Shown: in pieces, positions 1 through 11,470 of the stretch
Layout: every line of letters starts with the position of its first letter
Numbering within the stretch: position 1 is the first letter of the stretch
NCBI GenBank assembly: GCA_024679065.1
Contig: JAGIQG010000012.1
Location: forward strand, 53,382,001 to 53,446,000
Direction of reading: 5' to 3'
From: Sphyrna mokarran
Taxonomy: Eukaryota
DNA length: 64,000 nt
The notes under the pieces: model-generated
What the model was told of the DNA's origin: nothing
Seen by the model: only the letters and a program-made list of their open reading frames with translations
The model's database searches: none
Position numbers and translations under genes: made by a program

Positions 1-487
1 CTTTGATGCTGTGGTCTTTTATGCATCTTCTCAGAATGATGACAGAGCCATGAGTTGTTTGGGCCTTGCTTTTGGAAGCCTGCCTAATTCCCCCATTTTC
101 CACCCCCATCCCCCATTCCATCCCTTGCCCCTAACTCCTGTCTTACCACTCCATAATTTTTTTTCTCAAAATCCATCTCTTTTGTTAGACATTCAGTCAT
201 TTCCCATAACTCATCCAGCATGGCCCACCAGTTGTTCATTTATTTATTTGAAATATTTTCTGTAACTTACCCAATCTATTTTAGAATATTTCCTACATTG
301 AAAGTACTGAGTAAAACCCCTTCATTTCTTTTCCCATTCTTCTGAATGAAGTTTGAATGGATCTTTTCCTCCCAAATTCAGAATCAATTATTCCAAAGTG
401 AAATTTCAAAAAAGATCAGCAAGTTCAGTGGTGTAATATCTTTATTGATATGATCTCTCAAAATCTCTTCAAAACAGCTATTAATTT

Positions 488-801
488 GGGTGGCACAGTA
501 GCACAGTAGTTAGCACTACTGCCTCACAGCACTAGGAACCTGGGTTTGATGCCAGCCTTGGGTCACTGTCTGTATGGAGTCTGCACATCTTCCCCATGTC
601 TGTGTGGGTTTCCTCCAGGTTGTCCGTTTCCTCCTACAATCCAAAAGATGTGCTGGTTAGGTGCATTGGCCATGCTAAATTCTTCTTCAGTGTACCCAAA
701 CAGGCACCAGAATGTGGCAACTAGGGGATTTTCACAGCAACTTCATTATAGCATTAATGTAAGCCTACTTGTGACACTAATAAACCTTTAAAAAAACTTT
801 A
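488..801 (+). mobile_element. tRNA-derived V-SINE (HE1-like head) with tail type A
   Basis: A/B-box head, V-domain-like GGGTTTCCTCCAGGT, tail GGGGATTTTCACAG...CTACTTGTGACACTAATAAAC; TAATTT direct repeat at 482-487 and 802-807 as a candidate TSD. Confidence 0.85.
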
Positions 802-1125
802 TAATTTGTCTCAATTGTTAACCAAGCACATTAGGCACAGAATTTTTCCAATCCTATTTCATTTATTGCTTTAGTCCATTTTTGTAAACCTTTTGCAGTT
901 GTTACAATTTCACTGATGACAGTGCTCACAGTGCCAATTGAACTTTCTCGGTTGCATTGACCTTAATAAGCCAATGTTGAAAGCTTCATATTAACATTGC
1001 TTTATGCCACAGAGCATAACTTTCACTTTAATAAAATGCTGGCTTCTGTCCTATTATCAGACCAACAACTGCTGGCTACAGTTTATCTGAAATTGACTGA
1101 TTACTATTCTTTTAATGATGTTTAG

Positions 1126-1268
1126 GAGAGAGTCCTGATAAAGAATATTTAGACTGGTACAAACCTGCTGTATGGTTCTGGATCCTAGTAGGACTTGCTT
1201 ACTTTGCTGCAGTTCTGAGTATGATTGGAGATTGGCTTCGTGTCATATCAAGGAAAACAAAAGAAGAG
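1126..1268 (+). CDS. KCNK2: KCNK2 (TREK-1) penultimate coding exon: end of pore-2 loop, M4 helix, start of proximal C-terminus
   Basis: AG acceptor 1124-1125 and GT donor 1269-1270. The 143 nt exon (phase 1 to 0) reads (G)[47 protein letters not shown], the TREK-family M4 sequence. Confidence 0.96.
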
Positions 1269-1594
1269 GTATGTTGCTCTTAACCATTTACATCTATTTC
1301 TTTAATATGACCTGTTTTTTTAAGAAGTAAAAACTTCGCTTACTGTTGAGTCTTGTCCATTGATCATCCCTCTAAATTGGTGTCCCTTGCTAGTCACCTG
1401 ATCTCCCCCATCCCTCCGTACAAGTCTTGATTTAAAAGCAATGTTTAGTACTCTCTATATATTTTGTTCCATTAGTTTGATTTTGATTTTCAATGAAATT
1501 GATCTTTTTAAAAATCTTAGTCCACATTTGTAAAGCATCTAAACACATTTTGCATGTGGCATTTTTGTAGTTTACACATTATCACCTATACTCT

Positions 1595-1725
1595 TGTGGT
1601 CTGGGATTGTGTTGTTAAATTATGTTCCCACATTACAGTGGCTACACTTCAAAAATACTTAATTGACAATAAAATGCTTTGGAATGTCCTGAGGTCATAA
1701 GAGATGATTTATAAATGCAAGCTTT
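1595..1725 (+). mobile_element. 3' tail of a DeuSINE/L2-type element
   Basis: GCTTTGGAATGTCCTGAGGTCATAAGAG...ATAAATGCAAGC, a typical L2-type terminus. Confidence 0.6.
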
Positions 1726-1799
1726 TTTTTAAATTGGTTCTTTTATCACAAGGGCAGCATAGAAAACAATGTCAGAGAATAGAAATTGTAAATGGATAA

Positions 1800-2110
1800 A
1801 GGAGTAAGTCAATTGCCTTTTTTCCATGCGCGGGTGAGTCCAGAGCAAGGTGACAAAGACAAGTTAGCTTATAACAGATCAAATTAAAATAAATTTACCT
1901 AAAGGATGATGAGAATGTGGAATTTCCTGACATATTCAGTGGCTGAAAGATTTATGCTGAGGTTTGATGCACCACTGAGGGATTGGATAATAGAGAGATG
2001 GCGGAAAGGATGAGAAGAGAACTGAGAGAGGCTCATGTGGAGAACAATCATTGGCACAGAGTAGTTGGAGTGAATGGCCTTTTTTTTAATATCTATTCTT
2101 GTGATTTATT
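1800..2110 (+). mobile_element. Degenerate CR1 LINE 3' end
   Basis: GAGAATGTGGAATTTCCT (WN.LP motif) followed by a CR1-type tail with GAGTGAATGGCCT. Confidence 0.55.
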
Positions 2111-2149
2111 TCTTATGACATGAGCGCCACTGGCAAAACCAGAAATGAT

Positions 2150-2925
2150 CAACTATCTCTAATTGTACTTGAGCAGATGATGATGAGCCACCTTCTTGAA
2201 CTGCTGCATCTGTGTGGTGGTGTAGGTAAGCCCACACTGCTGTTGGGGAAGGTGTTCCAATATTTTGACGATGAAGGAACTGCAATTTTTTTCAGGATAG
2301 TGTGTGGCTTGGCACTGAATTTGTAAGTGGTGGTGTTCCCATGCATTTGCTCTTGATGCTGTAGATTATGATGTTGAATGTTAGATAGATACTGTCTAAG
2401 GAAGTTGTGAGTCACTGCTGTGCATCCTGTACATGGCACAAACTGCAGCCAAAGCATGCTGGTGTAGAGGGAGTGAACATTTAAAGTTATAGATGGATAT
2501 CAATTAAGCAAGCTGCTTTGTCCAGGATGACATCGAACCTCTTGAGTGTTTATGGAGTACATCTAAACATGTGAGAATAGCCTGTCATACACCTGTCATA
2601 TAGATGGTGGCCAAGTTTGGGGCTCAAGACATGAGTTACTGGTAAAAGGATTCCTAACAATCAGAGTGCTCTTTTGGCCACAATATTTATATGACTGGTC
2701 CACTTAAATTATTGGTTAATGGTAACACGCAAGATGTTGTTGGTGCTGGATTCAGTGATGGCCGTACCATTGAATCCAAGAGAAGATTCTTAAGTTCTTA
2801 AGTGATAAAAATGTTATATGCCACTCAGCCTGAATGTTGACTGGGACTTTGTGCTTATGGATATAGACTGTTTCATGGCCTGAGGTGTTGCAAATCACAT
2901 TGAGCTTTGTGCATTCCCACTTCTG
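2150..2925 (-). mobile_element. Old CR1-clade LINE ORF2 C-terminal fragment
   Basis: Minus ORF 2149-2457 contains HGNTTTYKF...WNTFPNSSVGLPTP, resembling the WNSLP C-terminal motif of CR1-group ORF2. Confidence 0.6.
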
Positions 2926-3302
2926 TAGTCAGGGAAGATGGGTTGGAGAGATGGTTCGGTTGATAGTCAGGAGAGTACAGGGGTAGCTTGATGGTCAGGG
3001 GTGATTGTTAGGGGGGAAGGTATAGGTGGGGGATGTCAGGGAGATATCAGAGGGGTGCCAAGGTTTGGGGTGTAGGCAAGTTTGGGGGTTGTCAATGTTT
3101 GATGTTTCAGGGGATTGGTTGAGGAAGGTAGTTGGGGAGGGGGTGGTGGATGGTAGAGGAGCAGAGAAATGCTGGGAGTGTTAAGCCAGGGATCTAATGG
3201 GGAATCTGTATTGTAGTTTCCCAGTTGTTGGAGTTGGTTTTAATTCTTCTTAACTTTGCTGGGGTAAAAGAGTTCTATTAAAGGAGTTGGAACCATTCAT
3301 AT

Positions 3303-3425
3303 GCTGGAATTTTATCGCCTCACTCGCCTGATGCTTGTTAGGTCCTGTTTGCGGCCAATTGAGAATGCCATTCTACAAACCTCGCCCACCCCAATTCCGG
3401 TGCGGGCATGCTGTAAAATTCCGGC
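3303..3425. mobile_element. ~120 bp MITE (Harbinger-like)
   Basis: 13 bp imperfect TIRs GCTGGAATTTTAT / GTAAAATTCCGGC. Confidence 0.65.
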
Positions 3426-3914
3426 CATTGTCTCCAAGTTAAATGGGAATACCCGAGGGTTCCAGGTGCAAGATAATTCCCATCTGAACCTTAAACTTCA
3501 CAGGTAATTGTCGTATAATCCTTACATAATACATTGGGCGGTTCCTCTGTGCAACTTCTGGGGTAAGACTCCCCCTCACCCCACCCTCCCCCATATTGGG
3601 AAACAGATTCTGGGCTAACAATGTGTGGAAGAAGAACAGACCAGCTGTTGAGAAGAATTTTGTACACTTTCTCGATAATTTATCTCAGTAGGAATGTTAC
3701 TGATAACAAGCATTCCCATTCTCTCTCCACCAGGCACTTCTCACTGTTATTGCTAAACTGGGGATTGAGACAGTTATCATCCTGACTGCTCCAGGAAGAG
3801 AAAGACTGATGCATTTAAAATGTATACAGTATCTCAGATTCTTCACAAATAATGAAATTAGTTTGAGGCATAGCGTTATTTTTGTAGGTGAACAAGGCAG
3901 CTAAAGTGCTATAA

Positions 3915-4238
3915 GGTGACACGGTGGCACAGTGGTTAGCACTGCTCCTCACAGCGCCAGGGACCCGGGTTCAATTCCCAGGTTGGGTCACTGTTGATAT
4001 GGAGTTTGTACATTCTCCCTGACTGCATGGGTTTCCTCTGGGTTCTCCGGTTTCCACCCACAGTCCAAAGATGTGTGGGTTAGGTGGATTAGCCATGCTA
4101 AGTTGCCCCTTAATGTTAGGGGGATTAGCGAGGATAAATGCATAGGGTTATGGGGATAGGGCCTGGATGGGATTGTAGTGGGTGAAGACTTGATGGGCCA
4201 AATGACTTCCTTCTGCACTGTAGGATTCTATGAATCTA
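3915..4238 (+). mobile_element. HE1-like V-SINE with CR1-type tail (tail type B), full length
   Basis: A box TGGCACAGTGG, B box GGTTCAATTCC, V domain, tail GATGGGCCAAATGACTTCCTTCTGCACTGTAGGATTCTATG. Confidence 0.9.
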
Positions 4239-4331
4239 ACTGCATATAACAAGAATTACAAATTGTTAATGTGATCAAGTACAAAGAATGATTGAGGGAA
4301 AAATCTTAGATACATGAATGGTCTGCTCTTC

Positions 4332-4592
4332 AAGTAAAGTTTATTTAATAGTCACAAGTCAGCTTACATTAACACTGCTATTAAGTTACTGTGAAATTCC
4401 CCTAGTCGTCACACTCCAGTGCCTATTTGGTCAATGCTCCTAATCTGCATATCTTTGGACTGTAGAAGAAAACCAGAGCACCTGGAGGAAACCCACATAG
4501 ACACAGAGAAAACATGTCAACTCCACACAGACAGTAACCTAGGCTGAGAACCAAACCCAGGTCCCTGGTGCTGTGAGGCCCTGTGCCACTCC
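4332..4592 (-). mobile_element. V-SINE, tail type A
   Basis: Reverse complement of the 488-801 family. Confidence 0.85.
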
Positions 4593-4644
4593 TATAGTGC
4601 TACATTTAGGTGGAAATTGTTCCCCTGAAACTTTACTTCCAACT

Positions 4645-4836
4645 TGCCTGCAGCAGTTGTGGATGCGCCAAGTTTGGTGGCGTTTAAGAGGTTAGTTGAT
4701 AAGTATATGGAAGAGAAGGGAATGGTTTAGTTTGGAGGGGCATTGCTTTTTATATTGGTCGGCGCAACATCGAAGGCCGAAGGGCCTGTTCTGTGCTGTA
4801 GTGTTCTATGTTCTATGTTCTATGTTCTATGTTCTA
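4645..4836 (+). mobile_element. Young 5'-truncated CR1 LINE 3' end
   Basis: Nearly identical to the 3' end of 28014-29080; ends in (TTCTATG)n. Confidence 0.9.
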
Positions 4837-5689
4837 ATAGTGCAGCACAATATTCCATCTACATTATTTATCCTCCTTCCGGAGTGAACCTTGAACCTAC
4901 AACTTTCTAACTTGAAAGCAATAACTAAGTCAAGCTGGAACTGAAGTGGGCTGATTAATGCCCTGATTCTTTTAGATAGAAATGTGTTTGATTTCAGTGC
5001 ATTCTCTGGCTTCTCTGGATTAGAATCAATTTCATGGGCTGCATACATATTCCTGATCAATGAGATGGCCTTGCCCAGCTACAGCTGAATCTGCTTCTTC
5101 AAAGCTATACAATTTAAATGACTCCCTGCCAACTTCTGTGCAGGCTTCTGTTGTCAATTTAAAATATTCTTTCACTTCATCAGCCTTGCTGGCCTCAGCT
5201 ACAGAAATTTGAATGTGGGAAAATCATTTTTCACATCACAGCATATTAATACGTTCTACTTCTAGCAATACGGCTGACCAGAAAATGAAGGAACAGCATT
5301 CAGTAACACAAATAGGGACATCAGGAATCGAGTCACTCTTAAGTAGACCAGTTCACCAAATTGCTCACTTTTGGTGATCATTGAGGTTGGTTAACTTTGT
5401 GTTTTTTTCACTGTAGCAAAGCCATGTGCTTTTCTCCATGGGTTCCAGCAGAATCATTGGCCAGGAGTTTAGGATGGTGCAGTTTTCTGTCCCATCTAAG
5501 TCATAGAGAACACATGCAAGACTATGTTGACTGCCCCAGAATGATTTAACATTCCGAGGAGCGACAGCTTGGCTGGAACCAGGACTTCCAACCCCTCACT
5601 TGGGAAGGAGACCTGTTTTATACAACTGCAGTGCCAGAAGTGGTAATGGCCACTGCTGGCATTGTAAACAATCCCCACAGTCTAAGACC

Positions 5690-7165
5690 TGAGCCAGGAT
5701 TCTCCATCCTTGTTTTCAATGATTGTGGAGAATTCACAGCCCCTAAACGGCCTTTTTGTCAGCAGGGTGGCCTTTCCAATTCCTTCCCTCCCCCCACCAA
5801 TGACAAAAAGGGGTTCTCACTATGAAAGGTCGGGAATCCCATTATCATATATTTACATATAACTAACTAACTTCTCACCCCCTCCCAACACATAGAAAAC
5901 TGCTCCCCATGCTGGCGTGACATCACGGTGGCAGCATTTACAGCAGGTCCTGACAAATTGAGAACTGGCAAGGAGAATCCACCGGCAGTGCGCAAATAAG
6001 TCCATTCCCCAAGGGAGAGAAGGTCATGTTTGAGAGCTGCCCTGTCATTGCCCATGGGGCCCTTCCCTTGGAGGCTCTGTCAGTGAGCAGTGCCATGTAG
6101 CACTGCTGGGGAAGAGGGAGCTTCTGTTGGGGAGGTCCAAGTGCATTATTCCACATGTCCATGGAGAGGAGGGGGATCCTCATGCCCATAGCAGAGGTTT
6201 CCTGGTGATGTACAGGGATAGAGGTGGGGGTTCTCTCTGTCTGTGGAGGGGATGGGGCGGGGGGGGGGAGGGGGGGTGAGTACTTTTTAGGTCACACCCT
6301 AAAAAAGCTGAGGTGGCTGGCATTGCACACTCATTCGGAGTCCAACCCCCAATGTGACATCATGGGATCCAGTTCCTGAATATTTCTTAACTAAAGTGTC
6401 AAAAAACATGGTGGGAAAAACAAACAGTGGAGCTGCCATCTCAGGCACGAACCACTGTTAGGCCATTTAGGCCACGATTCTCCCGATCTGGGACTCAGTG
6501 CCCAGAGTGGAAAAACAGGAATGTTTCCCATTCGCATTGCCATCATCTGTCAGGCGAAATTCACCCACCTGAAAAATGCTTATGAGGCAATTTCGAGGAA
6601 CCTGCCAGCTAGTCCCGCTGTTCCGAGATCAGGGTATCATTTTTAAAGAGCACAATCATCACAGTCAGAGACAGGACCCCCTCCCCCAGGGGAGCACCAC
6701 CAACCCCTCACCAAAAAAGGAGCATCCTCCCTCCCCATTCACAAATAACAGGTAAACCATCTCACTACACCACGCAGGAGGGTGACCTCCACTGAGCCCT
6801 GCCTTTAGACTCCCACTCAGCCCTCTTCAGGCCACATGCCTTGGCAATGCCTACATTGCACTGCCCCCAACACCCTGCCTTTGTGTCTTGGACCCTGAAG
6901 GGAGGGATCAAGGAGACAGATCCAGTGGCCAATTGTCCCTTTGCCACTGCCAAGCTGCAGAGGAAGTCCCTCAAAGGTGCTGGGGTTAGGTGAATTCATG
7001 ATGAAGTTAAGGGGTTGTCTTCACCACACTCCTCCATGATGGGGGTCTCGTGGATGGATTCCCCTTTCTAGCCCTGACAGACCTGAAAATGGCATGATGA
7101 TTTCAGGCAGCCCAGTGATCAACATCTGCATCCCTGCCTGTCAGCCATGCAAATTTCAAAGTGGC
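5690..7165. mobile_element. GC-rich non-autonomous DNA transposon relics (probably Harbinger-derived)
   Basis: TIR-like starts GCCAGGATTCTCC (5693) and GGCCACGATTCTCCC (6469) resemble the MITE termini elsewhere in the window. Confidence 0.4.
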
Positions 7166-7166
7166 C

Positions 7167-7573
7167 ATGCCACACAACAGCGCAGAGTCGCTGAGCAGAG
7201 ACTGATAGCCAAGTTCTGCACCCATGAGGATGGCCTCAACCGGGATCTTGGGTTCATGTCACACTATCCGTAATCCCCATGACTTACCTGGACTTGCAAA
7301 ATCTCACTAACTGTCCTGTACAGAGACAATACACATTTCTTTAACCTGTGCTTAAAGCTTTCTCCACTCACATTGTTTGCACCTTTAAAACTTGATTAGC
7401 TGTAAAAGCTCGCATTCCAATCATTATTCATGTAAATTGAGTTTATGTCTTTATATGCTCTCTTTGTGTTAAGAACTCCCAATCACCTGACGAAGGAGCA
7501 GCGCTCCAAAAGCTAGTGGTGTTTGCTACCAAATAAATCTGTTGGACTTTAACCTGGTATTGATGGACTTCTT
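7167..7573 (+). mobile_element. Penelope-like element 3' end (end of GIY-YIG region plus pseudo-LTR)
   Basis: Collinear with 31830-31995 plus 33582-33851; includes the hammerhead-like motif and the AATAAATCTGTTGGACTTTAACCTGGT terminus. Confidence 0.85.
7484..7518 (+). ncRNA. Minimal hammerhead ribozyme motif, probably inactive (G12 to A)
   Basis: CAC-CTGACGA-A-GGAGC agc GCTCC-AAAA-GCTA-GTG; the GAAA core reads AAAA. Confidence 0.7.
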
Positions 7574-7878
7574 CTATGAAATCTGGTAGCAACTATGGAG
7601 ATAGAAACAGAGTTGACATTTTGAGCCTGTGTCTCTCTTCCTCAGATCTGAAGAGGGTGAAATGTAATTAATTATATAGTTGGAGTGGGGAGGTGGTGAT
7701 GAGAAGGTGGTGCAGAACAGATGGCCGGAGCTAAGGGGAGAATAACAAAAAACTCTTAACAAAGGGAGTGTTAATGGTAGTATTAAGGACTAAATAAAGT
7801 ACTGATAGTGATATAAAGGTAAATAGTAAGCTGCTGTAAGACCTGCTGAGTTTATCCAACATTCTCTGCTCTTTTTAA
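7574..7878 (-). mobile_element. Second Penelope pseudo-LTR family, inverted arrangement
   Basis: Same family as 25840-26070. The minus strand has a degenerate CTGAGGA-A-GAG...CTC-AAAA motif, and an opposite-orientation terminus GACCTGCTGAGTTTATCCAACATT lies at ~7840. Confidence 0.55.
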
Positions 7879-9464
7879 GCTAGATGAACATCATATTTCA
7901 ATGAAGATTTCAGGTGGAGTGCCTAACATATCCATAAATTAAGTGTCAACCCTGTGAAGCTGTTGCACAGGTCTATTTGCATGTTAAAAAGATAAAAAGG
8001 TGTGTGATGGATCAGAGTAAGCAATCTCACACTAATAGATCAGAATACAGTGATAATGAATACAGTGATGAATAGGGATGGACAATTAAGCAACAAATTG
8101 TGGGGAAGAAGCTCCATCATCATCCCCATCTCCAAACATTGCAGAGCCCAGTGTTTCCCAGGAACATTCAAGCAATACCGAAGGGTTAAAATTTGCCAGA
8201 TGTATTCCTCAAGCTAGCAAGTATATTTTGGCTTCACCCTTAACCTTCGATCTATACTTTACTCCAAACTAAAATAGATGCCCTGGTTTTTAACTGGTAG
8301 AAATTCACAGAGTTTCAGAGTTCAGGCTTTCATTTCCAAGTTCCAGCTTTAGGTAATGTCACCCTGCCTCTAGCCCTTTTCAGCACTTCAACAAAACAAT
8401 ACCCATTGCATTCTGAGAAGACCAGCCTTTTTTTAATTCCCGTTACTTCTTCAGGTATATTGTATACAATGGGTTGTATTTTCTTCTCAGCAGCAATAAA
8501 TGCCTTGCACCATTTACCTTGTCAGTGGAGTTGCAACTATTTGGCATTTGCTTCATGGGACACCCTGTACATTATTGTTTGTGATGATAATGAACAGGGA
8601 AAATGTGAAAGAGCGTCACATCTTCCCCAGCTACCAACAAGCATATTGAACTTTTCAAGAAAGACCTGTGTTTTTTAAAGAAATAAGTAAAGACATTGAC
8701 CAAAGATGGCTGATACTCCAAAGTGACCACTTCCTGAAAAACTCCAATGTAGACTATACTGACAGATCTTCCTGGGAGGATATGGAATTTCACACTGAGG
8801 AAATGTCAAGCCCCACTTCAAACAGAAACAGTTTTGAAAGGAAGATAAGGAAAATGCAAAAGGCTGGACTAATCTCCTGGTTTAATCAGGACAATGGAGA
8901 CTGATGACTACATCTCATCAGATACCGAAAAACACCCGTCTCCTGTTGATTTACATCTCAGAATGTGTAACAAGTTCTGAGATGAATACAACACATGACT
9001 GTTTCATTCCCATGGATCACACAGGAATAATGGGTTACAAACTGGCTGTCAACCAATGAATAGCATGAGCAGAAGAACAATGAAGCAAGAAGGATCTCTC
9101 GATCTGCTCTTTTGCTGGAGACAAGTTGTAACCATGTATAGGCAGAGAGGAGGAAGACAGATTTTTCAGTTAACACTTGCGGAAAAAAAAACAAATAATC
9201 GCCCCACCCTCTCCCATTCTTGGGACAAACTAACAAGTGTTCCCAATGAACTGCAAATCTGCCAAAGTCAGTAAAAACTCCTAAAATCTTAATGTTTATC
9301 TTTCTTAACACATCAACCCTTAATGCTAAGGGAATGATACTTCTGAATTATAAAATTACTTTTATAGGGTAGGCTGTTCAGCATTAATTATCATTTATGA
9401 TTATCAAAATCTCATTTACTCATAAATATATCAATCAATATTTTCAACATTTTTCTTTTTTTTT

Positions 9465-9795
9465 GATGGAATCTGGGCATCGCTGTCAAGCCCAGCATTT
9501 ATTGACCATCCCTAACGGCCTCTGAACTAGAGACTTGCTAGACAACTTTAAAAGGCAGATAGGAGTCAACCACATTGCTTTGAGTCTGGAGTCACATGTA
9601 GGCCAGACCAGATAAGCATGGCAGATTTTCTTTTCTAAAAAGCTTTAATGAACCAAATGGCTTTTATGACAACAATGATAGTCTCATAATCACTATTACT
9701 GAGGTGAGCTTTCAATTCCATCACCTGTCATGATGAAAACCTGTCCACTGTGATAGGCTGGGCCTCTAGATTATGAGTTTACAACGTTATCACCC
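9465..9795 (-). mobile_element. tRNA-derived SINE with CR1-type GATGGGCAATAAATGCTGG-like tail (SlmI/Meta-like body)
   Basis: GAGTCAACCACATTGCT...GGCAGATTTTCTTTTCTAAAAAG...GAACCAAATGG; related copies at 22548-22775 and 47385-47710. Confidence 0.65.
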
Positions 9796-10699
9796 CTTTT
9801 GGATGCATACTACACATCCACAGATTTTTGCCATTACTTGTATGTGTGCAAACATAGAATTTGCTGTCAGATTCACTGTGATAAATTCAGTGTTATTATT
9901 ATGGCAAAATTCACGATATTACCTTGATGGCATATATTATACCTGATGCAGTATGACATTTAAAAGTGGCTTGTGATCAGTCCAACAGCTAATTCTACAA
10001 AGTAGTACAGTAATTGCATTTCGTACCTTGTTCTGATCGGTCTGGGTTTCATTATTTTCTTACTCTATCCAGTGCACCTCTACAATTTTCTTTCGTCATG
10101 CAATTTCGACATTGTACCTGATTTACTACATGAGACCTTTGCTATGTGGAGGCTTTGCTGATTTGTTTTTCTGTTGCTTAACAGAAATAAGAGTGAGTTA
10201 GGGATCTTTTTGTTCAGTGAACCATTAGTCTCTTCCAGTGTTATACTAAGCGTTAGCTGGAGCTTGCTTCAGCATAGCCGCTTCCCAATTGTCAATTTCA
10301 ATTATTTATTGCAGCGTTCTGGCTGGCATATCAACAGGAATTTTGAAGTCTGACTTTGTTTCAATCCAGTATATAGTTCATTTTCATATACTGAGATCAA
10401 GAAACGCTGTGCGTAAATTGCTTACACAGCTTCCTAAAATTCAAAAATCACATGGAAAAATGTTCATTAGATACTAGTTGAATTTTCAGAGTATCTGACA
10501 ATTTTCTACAATTAAAATGAATTTCATAATCAGTTCTTTTGGGCATTTCCACAGTAAATCATAAAAATTGCAGCATGAACAAAAGCAATTTCACCCATCA
10601 CACTTGTGCCTTGGAAACTCCTTAACATTGCATTATTTGATCTGTTCCCCATGTTCATCTAAATGCTTTCTTTAACAAATTCTTATCTAATACCTATTA

Positions 10700-11192
10700 T
10701 ATAGAATCCCTACAGTCTAGAAGGAGGCCATTCAGCCTATTGAATCTGCACCAACTCTGACAGAATGTCTAGGGGCAGCACAATGTTTTGCACTTCTACA
10801 TCACAGTGCCAGGGACACGGGTTCGATTCCCGTCTTGGATCATTGTCTTTGCAATGTCTGCACATTGTATATGAGTGGGTTTCCTCTGTGTGCTCCAGTT
10901 TCCTCCTACAATCCAAAAGAAGCTGGCTAAAAGCTAAATTCTCCTTCAGTATATCCAAACAGGTGCCAGGAGTGTAGCGACTAGAGGATTTTCACAGTAA
11001 CTTCATTACAATATTAGTGTAAGTCTACTTATGTTATTAGTAAATAAACATTAAACTCTTACCCAGCCTCTCCCCCCTGTGTTTTACTACAATGCTCTAC
11101 ATTCACCATGGCTAATCCATCTAACCTACACATCATGGAATATGAAGCAGCAGTTTAGCATGGCCATCCATCTAACCTGCACATCTTTGGAA
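10700..11192 (-). mobile_element. HE1-like SINE (tail B) interrupted by an opposite-orientation SINE
   Basis: Tail at 10700-10769; body resumes at ~11056. Confidence 0.7.
10771..11055 (+). mobile_element. V-SINE, tail type A, nested
   Basis: B box GGTTCGATTCC and type A tail. Confidence 0.85.
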
Positions 11193-11274
11193 TATGATAT
11201 ATCTTTCAGCCTAATAGTCACTCATTGTTCAGCTTTCCGTGCTTCCTTCCAATGTCCCTTCCCATAGTTAAATA

Positions 11275-11418
11275 ATGACAAGGGAATTAAGGGTTATGGG
11301 GAGAAAGCAGGAAAGTGGAACTGATCCACTTCAGATCAGTCATGATCTTGTTGAAGGGTGGGGCAGGCTTGAAGGGCCAGATGGCCTACTCCTGCTCCTA
11401 TCTCTTATGTTCTTATGT
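11275..11418 (+). mobile_element. CR1 LINE 3' tail
   Basis: GGCTTGAAGGGCCAGATGGCCTACTCCTGCTCCTATCTCTTATGTTCTTATG terminus. Confidence 0.8.
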
Positions 11419-11470
11419 AAATTGGAAATTGAAAGATATTTATTGACGTATATTTTGTTTTTACATTTAG

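Larger units (their letters stand above)
3810..4935 (-). mobile_element. Old DeuSINE-like element fragmented by three younger insertions
   Basis: Pieces at ~3810-3914, 4239-4331, 4593-4644 and 4837-4935 are collinear with the DeuSINE at 16345-16742 (GATTGAGGGAAAAATCTTAG, CTGCTCTTCAA, CTTGAACCTACAACTTTCT). Confidence 0.5.

Noticed and set aside
546-791. Recurrent small ORFs such as LGHCLYGVCTSSPCLCGFPPG
   Set aside because: Translations of SINE V domains, recurring wherever the SINE occurs.
3915-3990. tRNA gene (A and B boxes)
   Set aside because: It is the tRNA-derived head of a SINE, followed by a V domain and LINE tail. The same applies to all similar heads.
4801-4836. CRISPR-like or regulatory repeat array
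   Set aside because: (TTCTATG)n is the microsatellite tail of a CR1 LINE; there are no spacers and the DNA is eukaryotic.
8157-9320. Possible reverse-strand solo LTR
   Set aside because: The composition is suggestive, but I could not define termini, a TSD or a sibling copy.
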